Positions 42,528 to 43,134 of a stretch of 43,134 nt of DNA are shown here, piece after piece. Below the pieces are notes generated by a model. The model saw nothing but the letters and a program-made list of their open reading frames with translations, made no database searches and was not told where the DNA came from. Each line of letters begins with the position of its first letter. Position 1 is the stretch's first letter. Source of the DNA: Reclinomonas americana ATCC 50394 (taxonomy: Eukaryota); NCBI GenBank assembly GCA_048213135.1, contig PS015059.1, positions 1 through 43,134 on the forward strand. Direction: 5' to 3'. The position numbers and the translations under genes were made by a program.

Positions 42528-43134
42528 TTCGAACTTGAGTGCGCACTGGATCAGAAGGGTACACAGAGAGAAGCAACGCGGCGAGGCAAGAAGAAGGAAG
42601 CCCGCTTGAGTGCACGGGTGGGAGAGAGAAAAGGAGAACACAAGAGGAGGCAACGCTTCTGTGTTCGAACTTGAGTGCGCGCTGGATCAGCACAGTGCCA
42701 AGAGAGAAGCAACGCGGCGAGACAAGAAGAGGGAAGTCCGCTTGAGTGAACGGGTGGGAGAGAGAAAGGAGAATACGCCAAGAGGCAACGTTTCTGTGTT
42801 CGAACTTGAGTGCGCGCTGGATCAGCACGGCACCAAGAGAGAAGCAACGAGACGAGGCAAGAGGAAGGAAGCCTGCTTGAGTGAACGGGTGGGAGAGAGA
42901 ATTCTCGAAGAACAACAAGAGGCAACGCTTCTGTGTTCGAACTCGAGTGAGCGCTGGATCAGCACGGTGCCAAGAGAGAAGCAACGCGGCGACACAAGGA
43001 AGACTGCTTGAGTGAACCGGTGGGAGAGAGAGAAGGAGAACACAAGAGGAGGCAACGCTTCTGTGTTCGAACTTGAGAGAGCGCCGGATCAGCACAGCGC
43101 CAAGAGAGAAAGCAACGCGGCGAGGCAAGAAGAA
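42528..43134. repeat. Minisatellite, ~135 bp unit, 5 copies (last one truncated by the window end), probably intronic
   Basis: TTCGAACTYGAG recurs at 42528, 42664, 42799, 42936 and 43066. Confidence 0.92.

Noticed and set aside
42528-43134. Array as CRISPR or tRNA/SINE cluster (GTTCGAAC resembles a T-loop/B box)
   Set aside because: Whole units are homologous with no unique spacers, and I see no cloverleaf, A box or cas genes.

Overview
Eukaryotic (protist-like) nuclear DNA: gene-dense, very intron-rich (most introns 55-80 nt, CTCAC/CTGAC branch sites, YAG acceptors), microsatellite-rich, with N gaps. I hand-spliced 14 protein-coding genes: two EF-hand proteins, a pseudo-receiver/zinc-finger/Nudix fusion, an ABCG half-transporter, a divergent polyubiquitin, an intronless 7xWD40 protein, a ~2400-aa GPI-anchored FN3 surface protein, a CbbX/SpoVK-like AAA+ ATPase with a C2 domain, a zf-UBP deubiquitinase, RIO1, NFU1 and three hypothetical proteins. 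The most striking signal is in splicing. About 38 of roughly 115 traced introns (hand count, ~30%) start with GTTGCG/GTTTCG/GTTGAG, which is the ordinary donor motif shifted by one base, and they almost always lack the exonic -1 G. This suggests a major second class of 5' splice site. Other highlights are a compositionally distinct, phage-structural-protein-like cassette inside the giant surface protein and several unusual domain fusions. No RNA genes, CRISPR arrays or transposases were seen. All gene models are manual and have no transcript support.
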